Positions 8,398 to 19,608 of a stretch of 58,414 nt of DNA are shown here, piece after piece. The stretch is from positions 1-58,414 of the forward strand of contig DATDXN010000015.1 in NCBI GenBank assembly GCA_035289305.1, in the 5' to 3' direction. The translations under genes were made by a program, and so were the position numbers. The stretch's first letter is position 1, and each line of letters opens with the position of its first letter. Source of the stretch: Patescibacteria group bacterium. GTDB lineage: Bacteria; Patescibacteriota; Microgenomatia; UBA1406; HO2-37-13b. Under the pieces are notes generated by a model. The model made no database searches. It had not been told where the DNA came from and worked only from the letters and a program-made list of their open reading frames with translations.

Positions 8398-9653
8398 GTC
8401 GTGAAATCCTTGATTCGCGAGGCATCCCGACAGTCGAGGCATGCCTTACGCTTGATACAGAAGTTTCTGTTACTGCTGCAGCCTCCTCTGGTGAGTCAAT
8501 TGGCGAACACGAAGCAAAGGACCTTCGAGATGGCGATGCACAGAGGTTTCATGGAAGAGGTGTCACAAAAGCGGTTTCCTTCATCAACGATCTTATTGGT
8601 CCGAAACTTGTAGGAGTTTCTTGCGATCGGCAAATAGATGTTGATTACTGGCTTATGAAAGTTGATCCCTCACCCACCAAAACACAGTTTGGCGTCAATT
8701 CACTCCTGACGGTTTCCCAACTGATGCTGAAAAGCGCAGCGGCAGATGCTCGTCTCCCTTTGTACAAATATGTTAATCAATTTTTCAATAAATTATTCAA
8801 TAATCCGTTTGATATACAAAAAATTCCAAACCCCATTTTCAACATGATAAATGGTGGAAAACACGGTGTAAAAAATCTAGAATTTCAAGAATTTCAGATT
8901 ATTCCCCTTACCTCTATTCCTTTTTCCAAAGCTCTACAAATGGGTGCAGAAATGTATCATGAAGTCAAAAAAACACTCGAGTATCGCAATGCAGGTATTT
9001 CTGTGTCCGAAGAAGGTGGTTTTACGCCAAATCTTCTGACCAATCACGGTGCACTTGATCTTCTCAAAGAGATAGTCACCGACCGAAAACTCATGATGGG
9101 TGTTGATATTTTTCTTGGACTCGATCTCGCCGCTTCATATTTTTATAAAGATGGAAAATATTATATTAAAGATAAACCAAAACCATTGAGAATTGACGAA
9201 TATATTGATTATCTTGTTGAACTCAACAAAACATTTAAAATACTCACACTTGAGGATCCAATTGAACAGGAAGATTTTTTGGGTTGGAAAAAAATCACGC
9301 AAAAAACAGGCAGCGACACATATATTATAGGGGACGATTTTCTCGCGGGCAGTAAAGAGCGAGTTCTTCGAGCAATTAAGGAAAATTGTTGCTCTGGCCT
9401 TTTACTCAAGCTCAATCAAACATCAACTATTACCGAACTTTTTGAAGTTATCAATCTGGCAAAACAAGGCTCTTTAAAAATCATATTTTCACAGCGCTTA
9501 GGCGAAACAAACGATGACTTCATTGCAGATATTGCAGTGGGAATACAATCTGATTTTATCAAATTTGGGCCTCCTGTGAGGGGAGAACGTGTCGCGAAAT
9601 ACAACAGACTACTTGCAATTGAGGAAGAATTAAAGCAGCAACAACCTTTATGA
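8373..9653 (+). CDS. eno: Enolase (divergent)
   Basis: REILDSRGIPTVE, NGGKH, FQEF, EEGGF, LEDP, GDD, LLKLNQ and ERVAKYNRL motifs. Confidence 0.9.
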   Translation: MAKIKKIVSREILDSRGIPTVEACLTLDTEVSVTAAASSGESIGEHEAKDLRDGDAQRFHGRGVTKAVSFINDLIGPKLVGVSCDRQIDVDYWLMKVDPSPTKTQFGVNSLLTVSQLMLKSAAADARLPLYKYVNQFFNKLFNNPFDIQKIPNPIFNMINGGKHGVKNLEFQEFQIIPLTSIPFSKALQMGAEMYHEVKKTLEYRNAGISVSEEGGFTPNLLTNHGALDLLKEIVTDRKLMMGVDIFLGLDLAASYFYKDGKYYIKDKPKPLRIDEYIDYLVELNKTFKILTLEDPIEQEDFLGWKKITQKTGSDTYIIGDDFLAGSKERVLRAIKENCCSGLLLKLNQTSTITELFEVINLAKQGSLKIIFSQRLGETNDDFIADIAVGIQSDFIKFGPPVRGERVAKYNRLLAIEEELKQQQPL

Positions 9654-11275
9654 ACCCCGTTGTTTTGATTGTCCTTGATGGCTTTGGTATCGCTCCACCC
9701 GGACCAGGAAATGCTATATATCTTGCAAACCCTCATCATATTCACAGTCTCCTGTGTTCATATCCCTATACATATCTTAAAGCATCTGGAATGTCAGTAG
9801 GATTACCACAGGGCGAAGTCGGCAACACAGAAGTAGGTCATCTCAATCTCGGTGCAGGGCGAGTCATATACCAAAGTTTACTGCGCATTAATATGGCAAT
9901 TGCCGATGGAACATTTTACGAAAATGTCGCCTTTCTTGAAGCACTTATCCACCTATCAAAAACAGGAGGAAAGCTACATCTTATCGGACTTGTCGGTGAA
10001 GGGTCGGTACATGCCAGTGTTGATCATCTGTCAGCTCTTTTGCATTTTTGTAAGCGAAATAACTTCAGGCACGTATTTGTCCATGCGATAACCGATGGTC
10101 GAGACTCGCCGCCAAAGATGGCCGCAAGTTATATCGATGGTCTTGAAAAAAAATTGGATCAATTGGAACTAGGTGAAATTGCGACAGTGATGGGAAGATA
10201 TTATGCAATGGATCGGGACAAACGCTGGGACAGAACAGAAAAAGCATATATATGTTTGACAAAAGGTGCTGAAAAAAAAGCGCAGTCGTGGCGAGATGTT
10301 TTTGACAGTTCATATAAACGAGGTATTACTGACGAATTTATTGAGCCGATAAATATCACAAAAAATGGAGAACCCATCGCACTTATTCAAGAAGGTGATG
10401 CAGTGATTTTCTTCAATTTTAGAATTGATAGGCCCCGGCAATTGACGAAAGCCTTTGTGCTGGATAATTTTGAAGCAAATGCAAATAAGACGTTTTATGA
10501 TCCCTATGCCACAGAATACTATAAAAAACACGAAGTGGAGGAAAAAATACTGGCGCCTCCCTTTAAAAGAGGTGAAAAAATCAAAAATCTTTACTTCATC
10601 ACTATGACAGAGTATGAAAAAGATCTTCCGGCAATTATTGCTTTTCCCAGTCGTATGGTGCATATGCCGCTCGGGCGGGTGTTATCGGATAATTCTTTAT
10701 ATCAACTGCGTTTGACTGAAAGTGAAAAAGAACGCTTTGTGACGTATTATTTCAACGGTGGACGTGAGGTTCAATTCCCGTATGAGGAAAGACTTATTGT
10801 TCCTTCTCCAAAAGTACCCACATATGATCTGAAACCAGAAATGAGCGCATATGAAATCACTGACATCCTCATCAAGAAAATGTCTCTCATGAAATACAAA
10901 TTCATTCTGGTAAATTTCCCCAATGCAGATATGGTAGGACACACAGGAGATTTGAAGGCTTCGATCAAAGCAGTAAAAGTCATTGATGAGGTTGTAGGGA
11001 GAATAGTCAATGCGTCACTGGGACTTGATTATCAACTTCTTATCACTGCTGACCATGGAAATATCGAGGAAAAAATTAATACAAAAACTGGCGAGATGAT
11101 GACCGAACATACTGCAAACCTCGTGCCTTTTATTGCGGTCTCAAACAAGCTCCAAGGCAAACCGAAAAAACTCCATATCGGAATTCTCGCCGATGTTGTA
11201 CCAACAATTTTAAACCTCATGGGTCTTCCAAAGCCTACTGAAATGATGGGAAGAGATTTGCTTGAGGAAGTATAA
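9650..11275 (+). CDS. gpmI: 2,3-bisphosphoglycerate-independent phosphoglycerate mutase
   Basis: LDGFG, NTEVGH, TDGRD, GRYYAMDRD, DMVGHTG and TADHGN motifs; ATGA overlap with eno. Confidence 0.93.
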   Translation: MNPVVLIVLDGFGIAPPGPGNAIYLANPHHIHSLLCSYPYTYLKASGMSVGLPQGEVGNTEVGHLNLGAGRVIYQSLLRINMAIADGTFYENVAFLEALIHLSKTGGKLHLIGLVGEGSVHASVDHLSALLHFCKRNNFRHVFVHAITDGRDSPPKMAASYIDGLEKKLDQLELGEIATVMGRYYAMDRDKRWDRTEKAYICLTKGAEKKAQSWRDVFDSSYKRGITDEFIEPINITKNGEPIALIQEGDAVIFFNFRIDRPRQLTKAFVLDNFEANANKTFYDPYATEYYKKHEVEEKILAPPFKRGEKIKNLYFITMTEYEKDLPAIIAFPSRMVHMPLGRVLSDNSLYQLRLTESEKERFVTYYFNGGREVQFPYEERLIVPSPKVPTYDLKPEMSAYEITDILIKKMSLMKYKFILVNFPNADMVGHTGDLKASIKAVKVIDEVVGRIVNASLGLDYQLLITADHGNIEEKINTKTGEMMTEHTANLVPFIAVSNKLQGKPKKLHIGILADVVPTILNLMGLPKPTEMMGRDLLEEV

Positions 11276-11279
11276 TGTC

Positions 11280-12182
11280 TTACTGTGCGCCGATTTTCCC
11301 GATGATGCGGCTCGCATATTCTGCTCCCCGCAGCAGCGCCTTTTCAACCAATTTTTCCTTCAAGTATGCGGATAGGAAACCACTGGTAAATGCATCTCCA
11401 GCTCCTGTTGTATCTACTATTTTTTGAGGAGTTACTGCCTTTTGGTGATATACTTTTTTTTGGAAATAAGCAAAACTCCCCCGTTCTCCATCCGTAAGCA
11501 CGAGTAATTTGTCATTGAAACGAAGAAGTGTTGCGCAATTCTTGGTGAAATCTATTTTTTCTCGCGGCTTTTTGACGAGCTTTCCAAACTCATGCGTGTT
11601 TAGTATCAAGATGTCGGCGAACGTGAGCAATCGTCTGATGCGTGAGATAGGTAGCGCGCAATCAGTTACCCCGAAATTAAGGCAAAGGAGCGCCCTATTT
11701 CTTTTAAAAAATGCAGCGATACGTTTTCGATCCTCTATTGAAACACCTGGTAGATTTCCCATGTATACTATTTTGGGTTTTGCGATTTGTTTTATCGCTT
11801 CGGTAAGCGAGAAAGAAACATACGGTGTTGTATAATGCACAATCGTCCGCTCTCCTTTTTGCGCCAAAAATATGCAGGAAATATTTATATATTCTTTTTC
11901 ATGCAGCAAAAATTCAGATGAAACGCCCTTTCTGATTAATTTTTGGATGATAAGTTGTTTAAAGGAATTTTCACCTATTTTACCGATAACTGCAGCACTG
12001 ACGCCAAAATGAGAACAACCGGCAGCGACATTTGCACTTCCTCCACCCAATGATTCATAAAAATGATCAGCATGGTATTTGCCACCGATGGCCAGATAAA
12101 ATCTGTTTTGTTTTGTCGTCAGAGATACTCCTTTAAAAAAAAGATCGATGGTGATGTCTCCAATACTGATAAGATCGTACAT
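11280..12182 (-). CDS. PfkB-family carbohydrate kinase
   Basis: GGGSANVA and DTTGAGDAF motifs; probable start MYDLISIG at 12182 (ORF track extends to 12242). Confidence 0.88.
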   Translation of the reverse strand: MYDLISIGDITIDLFFKGVSLTTKQNRFYLAIGGKYHADHFYESLGGGSANVAAGCSHFGVSAAVIGKIGENSFKQLIIQKLIRKGVSSEFLLHEKEYINISCIFLAQKGERTIVHYTTPYVSFSLTEAIKQIAKPKIVYMGNLPGVSIEDRKRIAAFFKRNRALLCLNFGVTDCALPISRIRRLLTFADILILNTHEFGKLVKKPREKIDFTKNCATLLRFNDKLLVLTDGERGSFAYFQKKVYHQKAVTPQKIVDTTGAGDAFTSGFLSAYLKEKLVEKALLRGAEYASRIIGKIGAQ

Positions 12183-12220
12183 GTCAAACACATTATTGCA
12201 AAGTCGGAGGGAAAAATCAA

Positions 12221-12249
12221 TTGACAAATCAGCATTTTTCACCTACTAT
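12221..12249 (+). promoter_or_regulatory. Sigma70-type promoter TTGACA-N17-TACTAT for acsA
   Basis: Perfect -35, 17-bp spacer, -10 box 9 nt before the ATG. Confidence 0.7.
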
Positions 12250-12258
12250 TATCGATAA

Positions 12259-13968
12259 ATGAAAAGCGATAAAATCATAGAGGGAAAAAAATATGTTAAA
12301 AAAAATCCCAACCTTCAAGACTATGATCGCGTCGTTTCCTCCTTCTCTTACAAGACATACACACAAGAACTTACGTGGTTTGATAAAGATACAATTAATG
12401 CTGCTTATAACGCCATTACCAGAAACACTCTTTCTTCACGCAAGAACAAGCTTGCATTATTATGGGAAAGTGAGGAAGGAGAAAAGAAAAAATACACATT
12501 TGCAGACATAGAGGAAATCTCAAACCAAATTGCCCATTACCTTCGACATCTCGGTATTGAAAAAGGAGATCGTGTATTTCTTTTCCTTCCCCGTATTCCT
12601 GAACTATATTTTTCCTTCATTGCCATTTTGAAAATCGGTGCTGTAGCAGGGACGCTTTTTTCTGCTTTTGGTCCACAAGCCCTTTTTGACAGACTTTCCC
12701 AATCTGGCGCAAAGGTACTCATCACGACAGAAGAGATGGCAAAAAGAGTACAGTCAGTGCGAAAAGACCTTGATAAACTCGAAAAAATAGTACTGGTTAA
12801 TGATAATTTTACACAAGAAATTGCAAAAATGGAAAAAACATACAAGGTTTCCCACACGCATAGCGAAGATAATGCGTTTATGCTCTATACATCAGGAACA
12901 ACAGGTAAGCCAAAGGGTATTGTCCATGCGCATCGCGCAATCATTCACCAGTACCTTACCGCACAGTGGGCGCTTGACATCCAGGAAGATGACGTATATT
13001 GGTGTACTGCAGACCCTGGCTGGGTAACGGGCATAGCATACGGTATATTGGGTTCATGGGCAAATGGAGCTACATCTATAGTTTATGAGGGAAGGTTTTC
13101 TCCTCAAAAGTGGTATCAAATCCTTCAGGATTACGAAGTGACTATTTGGTACACTGCCCCGACTGCGATCCGCATGCTTGCTGCACAGGGACTGGACTTG
13201 ATCAAAAAATACGATTTCTCGCATTTGCGCTATCTGGCAAGTGTTGGAGAGCCTTTGAACCCCGAACCAATTTTTTGGGGTCTTAAAGCATTTCATCTCC
13301 CCTTTCATGATAACTATTGGCAGACAGAGACAGGGGGCATAGTGGTCGCAAACTATCCCGGCCTTCCCATAAAGCCCGGCTCTATGGGCAAACCATTTCC
13401 TGGTATTAAAGCACATATCGTAGATGATGAAGGCCATGAGCTCGCCGAAAACAAAATTGGCAACCTTGCTCTTGAGCCAGGTTGGTCTTCCATGATGAAG
13501 GAAATTTGGAGAAGGCCAGAAAAATATAAATCGTATTTTTTGAAAAAATACTATATCACTGGTGATCTCGCCTACAAGGACGCTGATGGTTATCTGTGGT
13601 TTGTCGGACGGGCAGACGATGTGATCAAAACATCAGGCGAGCGTGTGGGGCCATTTGAAGTCGAGTCAGCGCTTGTAAGCCATCCTGCGGTAGTTGAGGC
13701 TGGTGTCATTGGCAAACCAGACCCCCTGCGCGGACAGATTATCAAAGCTTTTGTCGTGTTAAAACCTGAAATAAAGCAGAGTGAGAAGTTGAAAGAAGAA
13801 CTCATGGTGCACGTGAAGAAAAATCTCGCTGGCCATGCGTATCCTCGAGAAATTGATTTTATTGATAAACTTCCCAAAACACGCTCGGGCAAAATCATGC
13901 GCCGCATCCTCAAGGCCAAAGAACTCGGCCTCCCCATCGGTGATACCTCAACACTTGAGGAATACTAA
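12259..13968 (+). CDS. acsA: Acetate--CoA ligase (AMP-forming acetyl-CoA synthetase)
   Basis: LYTSGTTGKPKG, ADPGWVTG, VGEPLN, YWQTETG and PKTRSGKIMRR motifs. Confidence 0.93.
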   Translation: MKSDKIIEGKKYVKKNPNLQDYDRVVSSFSYKTYTQELTWFDKDTINAAYNAITRNTLSSRKNKLALLWESEEGEKKKYTFADIEEISNQIAHYLRHLGIEKGDRVFLFLPRIPELYFSFIAILKIGAVAGTLFSAFGPQALFDRLSQSGAKVLITTEEMAKRVQSVRKDLDKLEKIVLVNDNFTQEIAKMEKTYKVSHTHSEDNAFMLYTSGTTGKPKGIVHAHRAIIHQYLTAQWALDIQEDDVYWCTADPGWVTGIAYGILGSWANGATSIVYEGRFSPQKWYQILQDYEVTIWYTAPTAIRMLAAQGLDLIKKYDFSHLRYLASVGEPLNPEPIFWGLKAFHLPFHDNYWQTETGGIVVANYPGLPIKPGSMGKPFPGIKAHIVDDEGHELAENKIGNLALEPGWSSMMKEIWRRPEKYKSYFLKKYYITGDLAYKDADGYLWFVGRADDVIKTSGERVGPFEVESALVSHPAVVEAGVIGKPDPLRGQIIKAFVVLKPEIKQSEKLKEELMVHVKKNLAGHAYPREIDFIDKLPKTRSGKIMRRILKAKELGLPIGDTSTLEEY

Positions 13969-14654
13969 GATGCTCTTATAACAACGGCAAGTTCACCTTT
14001 ATATGTATAATTGAGTAATTCATGTGCTTTTCCGCGTATGACTTCTTCAAATTTCTTCGTCATCTCGCGACAAATACAAATTTCATTGTTTGGTAAAACC
14101 TCATCAATTATTGTTAATGTGTGATTAATTCGATGCGGCGACTCATAAAATACGACGGTCAGATCGATTAACATTTTACCCATAGACTTTAATTTGTTAA
14201 TTAATTGAAGTAATTGAAATTGTTTCTTGGGAAGAAAACCTAAAAAAAGAAGATTTTTTGTCGAAAAACCCGAAAGTACACATGCGTTTACAAACGCAGT
14301 TGGGCCGGGTATGACCGTGTAGGAGATATTCTCTTTAACTGCGCAAGTTAAAAGTAACGATCCGGGATCGCAGACTGTTGGCATGCCTGACTCTGAAACA
14401 AGAGCAATATTTTTGTCTTCCTGTAGGAGATTTAAAACCTGAGGCAACAGTTCAAATTCATTTTCTTTGTGGAAATGAATGATTTTCTGCGATTTTTGTG
14501 GGTGAAGATTAAAAAGTTCCTGTATGTTTTTATAGAAACTATCAAAGCTTTGAGCGTCCTCAACAAGAATAATATCTACATGCACCAAGGCTTTCACCAT
14601 ACGCATACTTGCATCTTGCATGTTTCCAATGGGTGTTCCTACTATATAAAACAT
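13965..14654 (-). CDS. rsmI: 16S rRNA (cytidine-1402-2'-O)-methyltransferase
   Basis: YIVGTPIGN, SESGMPTVCDPG, IPGP, FYESPHR and CREMTKKFEE motifs; true start at 14654. Confidence 0.88.
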   Translation of the reverse strand: MFYIVGTPIGNMQDASMRMVKALVHVDIILVEDAQSFDSFYKNIQELFNLHPQKSQKIIHFHKENEFELLPQVLNLLQEDKNIALVSESGMPTVCDPGSLLLTCAVKENISYTVIPGPTAFVNACVLSGFSTKNLLFLGFLPKKQFQLLQLINKLKSMGKMLIDLTVVFYESPHRINHTLTIIDEVLPNNEICICREMTKKFEEVIRGKAHELLNYTYKGELAVVIRAS

Positions 14655-14712
14655 ATATTTGGATAAGTATAGTATTTTTGAGGAAAAAATGGTACACTTA
14701 TAGATTTGGCGT

Positions 14713-16713
14713 ATGTTTAAACTTACTTCATCTTTTTCACCAATACAGGAGCAGCAAAAAGCAATCGCGGGGCTTGTGACAGGAATTCGGACAGGTCTTA
14801 AAAACCAAGTGCTTTTGGGTGTCACCGGGTCGGGAAAAACATTTACCGTGGCTCGTACGATAGAAGAGCTTGCAGCGCCCGCTCTCATCATTTCGCACAA
14901 CAAAACGCTTGCAGGCCAACTATACCAAGAAATGCGAGAATTTTTCCCCACAAATGCTGTTTCCTACTTTGTCTCGTATTATGATTATTATCAGCCAGAA
15001 GCATACATTCCTCATACCGACACGTATATTGAGAAAGAAGCTCAAATCAATCAGTTGATTGATAAATTGCGCCTTGCCTCAACCACCAATATTTTGACGA
15101 GGAAAGATGTGATCGTTGTTGCGTCTGTTTCATGTATTTACAATATTGGTTCTCCTCACGAATATGGCAAATTCATACTTGAGTTAAAAAAAGGAGAATA
15201 TATTAACCGGACGGAGATTTTTCGAAGACTTGCGCAGCTTCACTACGAGAGGAGTGAATTCGATTTTAAAAGAGGTACATTCAGGCAACGCGGTGGCGTA
15301 ATAGATATTTATCCTGCCTATGAAGAAGTAGGAATCAGGGTTGAACTTGAAAATGAACATATCACTGCAATTACACAATTCAACCCCATAACAGGTGAGG
15401 AGCATACGCAAAGACCTATACAAAAGATTGTTATATATCCTGCAAAACATTACATGACAGACCAAGAAATAGTCAAAAAGGCTGAAGCACAAATTCGAAA
15501 AGATCTTGAAATAGAATATAAAAATCTGCAAAAGAGAGGAAAAATCATTGAGGCAGAAAGGCTCTACAAAAAAGTCACGTTTGATCTCGAGATGATCAAA
15601 GAAGTTGGATATGTGAATGGGATTGAAAATTACTCGCGTTACTTTGAGGAAAGGAAAATAGGAGATCCTCCCTATACATTGATCAATTATTTTAATGAAA
15701 CGTACGGTAATGATTGGACCGTCTATATAGATGAGTCGCACATGACGATCCCACAAATACGAGGAATGTATAACGGAGACTATCAGCGCAAAAAAACACT
15801 TATTGAATATGGATTTCGTTTGAAGAGCGCTCTTGACAATCGTCCCTTAAAATTTGAAGAGTTTTTGCGCCAAGTTCCACGTCTTGTGTACATTTCAGCG
15901 ACACCAAACGACTGGGAAATGCGCAAGTCAAAAACGAGTAAAATACCACCTGGTATAGTCCAACAGCTCGTCCGTCCAACTGGCATCGTTGATCCCCACA
16001 TAGTGATCAAACCCGCACGCGGTGAAGTTCTCGATTTGATCAGTGAAATAAAAAAAAGAGTTGAAAAAAAGGAGCGTGTTCTTGTCACAACACTCACAAA
16101 ACGGACAGCAGAAGATCTCACTCATTACCTGACCGAAAAACACGTGAGAGTCCAGTATCTTCACTCTGATATAAAGACACTTGAACGAACGGACATACTG
16201 CATAAACTGCGCAAAAACGATTACGACGCACTGGTAGGGATCAATCTCCTTCGAGAAGGGCTTGACTTGCCTGAAGTATCGCTCGTTGCTATTTTGGATG
16301 CGGATCGTGAGGGGTTTCTGCGCAGCAAGACATCTCTTATCCAAATCATGGGGAGAGCCGCGCGAAACACACGGGGAGAAGTCATTCTGTATGCCGATGT
16401 GATGACAAGATCAATCAAAGAGGCAGTAAGTGAAGTTGATAGACGACGAGAATATCAAATTGCCTATAACAAAACCCACGGCATCACTCCTTCAAACATC
16501 ATAAAGCCTATACAAGCACCGATCATCAGTGAGGAAGTAGTAAAAGAGGCTATCTCATCTGACCCTTTTTCAGATATTAAAAGCGACTCACTGACCCCAT
16601 TTGATAAAAAAAGACTCATCAACACGCTTCGAAAAGAGATGAAAAGGTACGCTAATGATTTGAAATTTGAAGCAGCAATAGCTATGAGAGAGAAAATTAA
16701 ATCACTCACTTAA
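14713..16713 (+). CDS. uvrB: Excinuclease ABC subunit B
   Basis: [38 protein letters not shown] and FEAAIAMRE motifs. Confidence 0.97.
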   Translation: MFKLTSSFSPIQEQQKAIAGLVTGIRTGLKNQVLLGVTGSGKTFTVARTIEELAAPALIISHNKTLAGQLYQEMREFFPTNAVSYFVSYYDYYQPEAYIPHTDTYIEKEAQINQLIDKLRLASTTNILTRKDVIVVASVSCIYNIGSPHEYGKFILELKKGEYINRTEIFRRLAQLHYERSEFDFKRGTFRQRGGVIDIYPAYEEVGIRVELENEHITAITQFNPITGEEHTQRPIQKIVIYPAKHYMTDQEIVKKAEAQIRKDLEIEYKNLQKRGKIIEAERLYKKVTFDLEMIKEVGYVNGIENYSRYFEERKIGDPPYTLINYFNETYGNDWTVYIDESHMTIPQIRGMYNGDYQRKKTLIEYGFRLKSALDNRPLKFEEFLRQVPRLVYISATPNDWEMRKSKTSKIPPGIVQQLVRPTGIVDPHIVIKPARGEVLDLISEIKKRVEKKERVLVTTLTKRTAEDLTHYLTEKHVRVQYLHSDIKTLERTDILHKLRKNDYDALVGINLLREGLDLPEVSLVAILDADREGFLRSKTSLIQIMGRAARNTRGEVILYADVMTRSIKEAVSEVDRRREYQIAYNKTHGITPSNIIKPIQAPIISEEVVKEAISSDPFSDIKSDSLTPFDKKRLINTLRKEMKRYANDLKFEAAIAMREKIKSLT

Positions 16714-16719
16714 AAACCT

Positions 16720-19608
16720 ATGGATATCTTACGTATTCGAGGGGCACGTGAACATAATCTGAAAAATATATCTCTTGATATTCCAAAAAACAAACTTGTT
16801 GTTTTCACCGGAGTATCAGGATCGGGTAAATCATCTCTTGCGTTTGACACAATTTATGCTGAAGGACAGCGAAGATATGTTGAATCGCTCTCGTCATACG
16901 CGCGACAATTTTTAGGGATTATGAGTAAGCCAGACGTTGAAAGTATTGAAGGATTATCACCTGCTGTTGCGATTGATCAAAAGTCCGTGACGCATAATCC
17001 GAGGTCAACAGTAGGCACTATCACAGAAATTTATGATTATATGCGATTGCTTTTTGCGCGAATTGGTCATCCCTTTTGCCCACAATGTGAGCGGGAAATC
17101 TCAAAATTATCGGCGGAAGACATAGCGCTGCGTATAATTGCCTCACTTCACACATGGTTTCATGAAGATAAGATAAAGCCAGTGCATTTTTTGATCACTG
17201 CTCCTGTTGTGCGCAAACGCAAAGGCGAATTTACCGGATTATTTGCCAATTTGCGCGCAAAAGGTTTTAATAACATTATTGTTGATGATAAAAAACATTC
17301 GCTCAAAGAGGACCTTGTGCTTCTGAAAACTAATACACATACAATTGAGGTTATTATTGATACGATCAGTTTGGATTATAAAAATAGTAAAAATCCTGTA
17401 TTTATGAGTCAGCTGAAGTCGCGAATATTTACTGATGTTGAAACTGCGCTCAATCTTTCAGACGGTCTTGTAGCGATAATAAGAGAAAAAATTACATCCA
17501 TTTTTTCTGAGAAATTTTCTTGTCCAAACTGCAATATTTCACTGCCAGAAATTGAACCGCGCATGTTTTCTTTCAATTCCCCCATTGGAGCGTGTGAAAG
17601 ATGCAAGGGTCTTGGATTTATCACTGCAATTGACCCAGATTTAGTACTGAACAAGAATTTGTCTATCAACGAGGGAGGAATTATACCGTTTGCTTCTGTT
17701 TTTTATCATACCACCTGGTATGCCCGCCTTTTTCAGACATTTCTCCAAAAAGAACATATTGATCCAAAAATACCCATCGGAGAACTTGAAGAAGAAGCGA
17801 TCAAAAAATTACTTTTTGGAACGCATACTTCATACAACGTTTATGGAACCAATAGATTTGGGAAAGAAACAATGATCGTTGAAAAGTTTGGAGGGGTAAT
17901 CAGAGAGCTTGAACGAAGATATTTTGAAAGTGAATCAGAATACGCGCGGCAAGAAATCCAGAAATATATGTTTGAGGAAACGTGCACCTCATGTCAAGGA
18001 AAAAGACTCAAACCAGAAGTATTGAGTATTAAAGTCAATAACAAGAATATTTTTGAACTCTGCGATTTGTCGATCTCACACATTATTGATGAAATTAATT
18101 CTGTGGAGCAAAATCTCAATCCCTATGAAAAAGAAGTCGCACATACGATTCTGACAGAAATACGATCACGACTTGCGTTTCTCTACAATGTAGGATTGTC
18201 GTATCTCACCCTCAATCGTGGGGCGCGGACACTGTCTGGAGGAGAAGCGCAGCGGATCAGACTTGCCTCACAAATAGGCAGCGGCTTAACGGGAGTGCTG
18301 TATGTTCTTGATGAGCCGTCTATTGGCCTTCATCCCAAAGATGTGCACGCGCTTATTATGAACCTCAAAAAACTTCGCGACTTGGGCAATAGTATCATTG
18401 TTGTTGAACATGATTTGGAAACCATTATGTCCGCTGATCATATTGTTGATTTTGGCCCCTTTGCAGGACAGCAGGGAGGACGTGTGATATATGAGGGAGA
18501 TGTGGATAGTTTGAAGAATGCCTCACAATCACTCACCGCTCAGTATGTGACGGGCACGCGGACAATACCACCCATGACGAGAAAATCCTCTTCAAAAACT
18601 TTCCAAGACCGGGAACATATTATGATCACAGGTTGCAAACAATACAATTTGAAAAATATCACTGCACGTTTTCCGCTCAATACGCTCATCTGTGTGTCAG
18701 GTGTTTCAGGTTCGGGAAAGTCTACCCTTGTTGTTGAAACTCTATATCCTGCGCTCTCTCACGGGTTGTATGGGACTCACCACGTCTTGCCCGCACCCTA
18801 CGGGGAACTTCACGGACAACAATATATAGACAAAGTGTACCTTGTCGATCAATCGGCAATCGGAAGAACACCTCGCTCAAACCCCGCCACATATCTTGGT
18901 ATTTTTGACCACATACGAGACCTTTTTGCGCAAACCATTGATGCACGAAGCAAAGGATATAAAAAGGGAAGATTTTCTTTCAATGTAAAGGGTGGAAGGT
19001 GTGAAAAATGCATGGGTGCGGGAAGTATCAAAATCGAAATGCAATTTCTCCCCGATGTGTATGTCACTTGCGATATTTGTATGGGCAAAAGATATAATTC
19101 GCAAACCCTTGAAATAACCTATAAAGGAAAAAATATCTATGACATACTCAATTTTACCGTTGTTGAAGCGCTCGATTTTTTCAAAAATCATCCTGCGATT
19201 TATAATAAGCTGAAAACGTTGCAAGACGTCGGTCTTGGATATATCACGTTTGGCCAATCTGCGCCCACTCTATCCGGTGGGGAGGCACAAAGAGTCAAGC
19301 TCGCGTTTGAACTCTCACGAAAAGACACAGGACGAACAGTATATATTCTTGATGAACCGACAACCGGCCTTCACTTGTATGACGTTGAAAAACTTCTCAC
19401 CACGTTATATAAGTTAATTGAGCGGGGAAATACGGTCATTATCATTGAGCATAACATAGAGGTCATCAGAAATTGTGAGTATATCATTGATTTAGGCTCA
19501 GAAGGCGGTGAAAAAGGAGGTAGTATCGTATACCAAGGACCGGTCCAAAAAATAAAGACGATTAGCAATTCCTACACAGGTAAATTTTTAGCAAAACATG
19601 AACGCTAA
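16720..19608 (+). CDS. uvrA: Excinuclease ABC subunit A
   Basis: Two GVSGSGKS Walker A motifs, zinc fingers and two LSGGEAQR signatures. Confidence 0.97.
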   Translation: MDILRIRGAREHNLKNISLDIPKNKLVVFTGVSGSGKSSLAFDTIYAEGQRRYVESLSSYARQFLGIMSKPDVESIEGLSPAVAIDQKSVTHNPRSTVGTITEIYDYMRLLFARIGHPFCPQCEREISKLSAEDIALRIIASLHTWFHEDKIKPVHFLITAPVVRKRKGEFTGLFANLRAKGFNNIIVDDKKHSLKEDLVLLKTNTHTIEVIIDTISLDYKNSKNPVFMSQLKSRIFTDVETALNLSDGLVAIIREKITSIFSEKFSCPNCNISLPEIEPRMFSFNSPIGACERCKGLGFITAIDPDLVLNKNLSINEGGIIPFASVFYHTTWYARLFQTFLQKEHIDPKIPIGELEEEAIKKLLFGTHTSYNVYGTNRFGKETMIVEKFGGVIRELERRYFESESEYARQEIQKYMFEETCTSCQGKRLKPEVLSIKVNNKNIFELCDLSISHIIDEINSVEQNLNPYEKEVAHTILTEIRSRLAFLYNVGLSYLTLNRGARTLSGGEAQRIRLASQIGSGLTGVLYVLDEPSIGLHPKDVHALIMNLKKLRDLGNSIIVVEHDLETIMSADHIVDFGPFAGQQGGRVIYEGDVDSLKNASQSLTAQYVTGTRTIPPMTRKSSSKTFQDREHIMITGCKQYNLKNITARFPLNTLICVSGVSGSGKSTLVVETLYPALSHGLYGTHHVLPAPYGELHGQQYIDKVYLVDQSAIGRTPRSNPATYLGIFDHIRDLFAQTIDARSKGYKKGRFSFNVKGGRCEKCMGAGSIKIEMQFLPDVYVTCDICMGKRYNSQTLEITYKGKNIYDILNFTVVEALDFFKNHPAIYNKLKTLQDVGLGYITFGQSAPTLSGGEAQRVKLAFELSRKDTGRTVYILDEPTTGLHLYDVEKLLTTLYKLIERGNTVIIIEHNIEVIRNCEYIIDLGSEGGEKGGSIVYQGPVQKIKTISNSYTGKFLAKHER

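Noticed and set aside
14655-14712. LexA/SOS box in the rsmI-uvrB divergent promoter
   Set aside because: Neither CTGT-N8-ACAG nor GAAC-N4-GTTC is present.
14655-14951. N-terminal extensions in the ORF track for rsmI (also pfkB, atpG, ileS, lemA and the LysM gene)
   Set aside because: They overlap divergent genes or promoters; family N-termini and SD or -10 positions point to the shorter starts used here.
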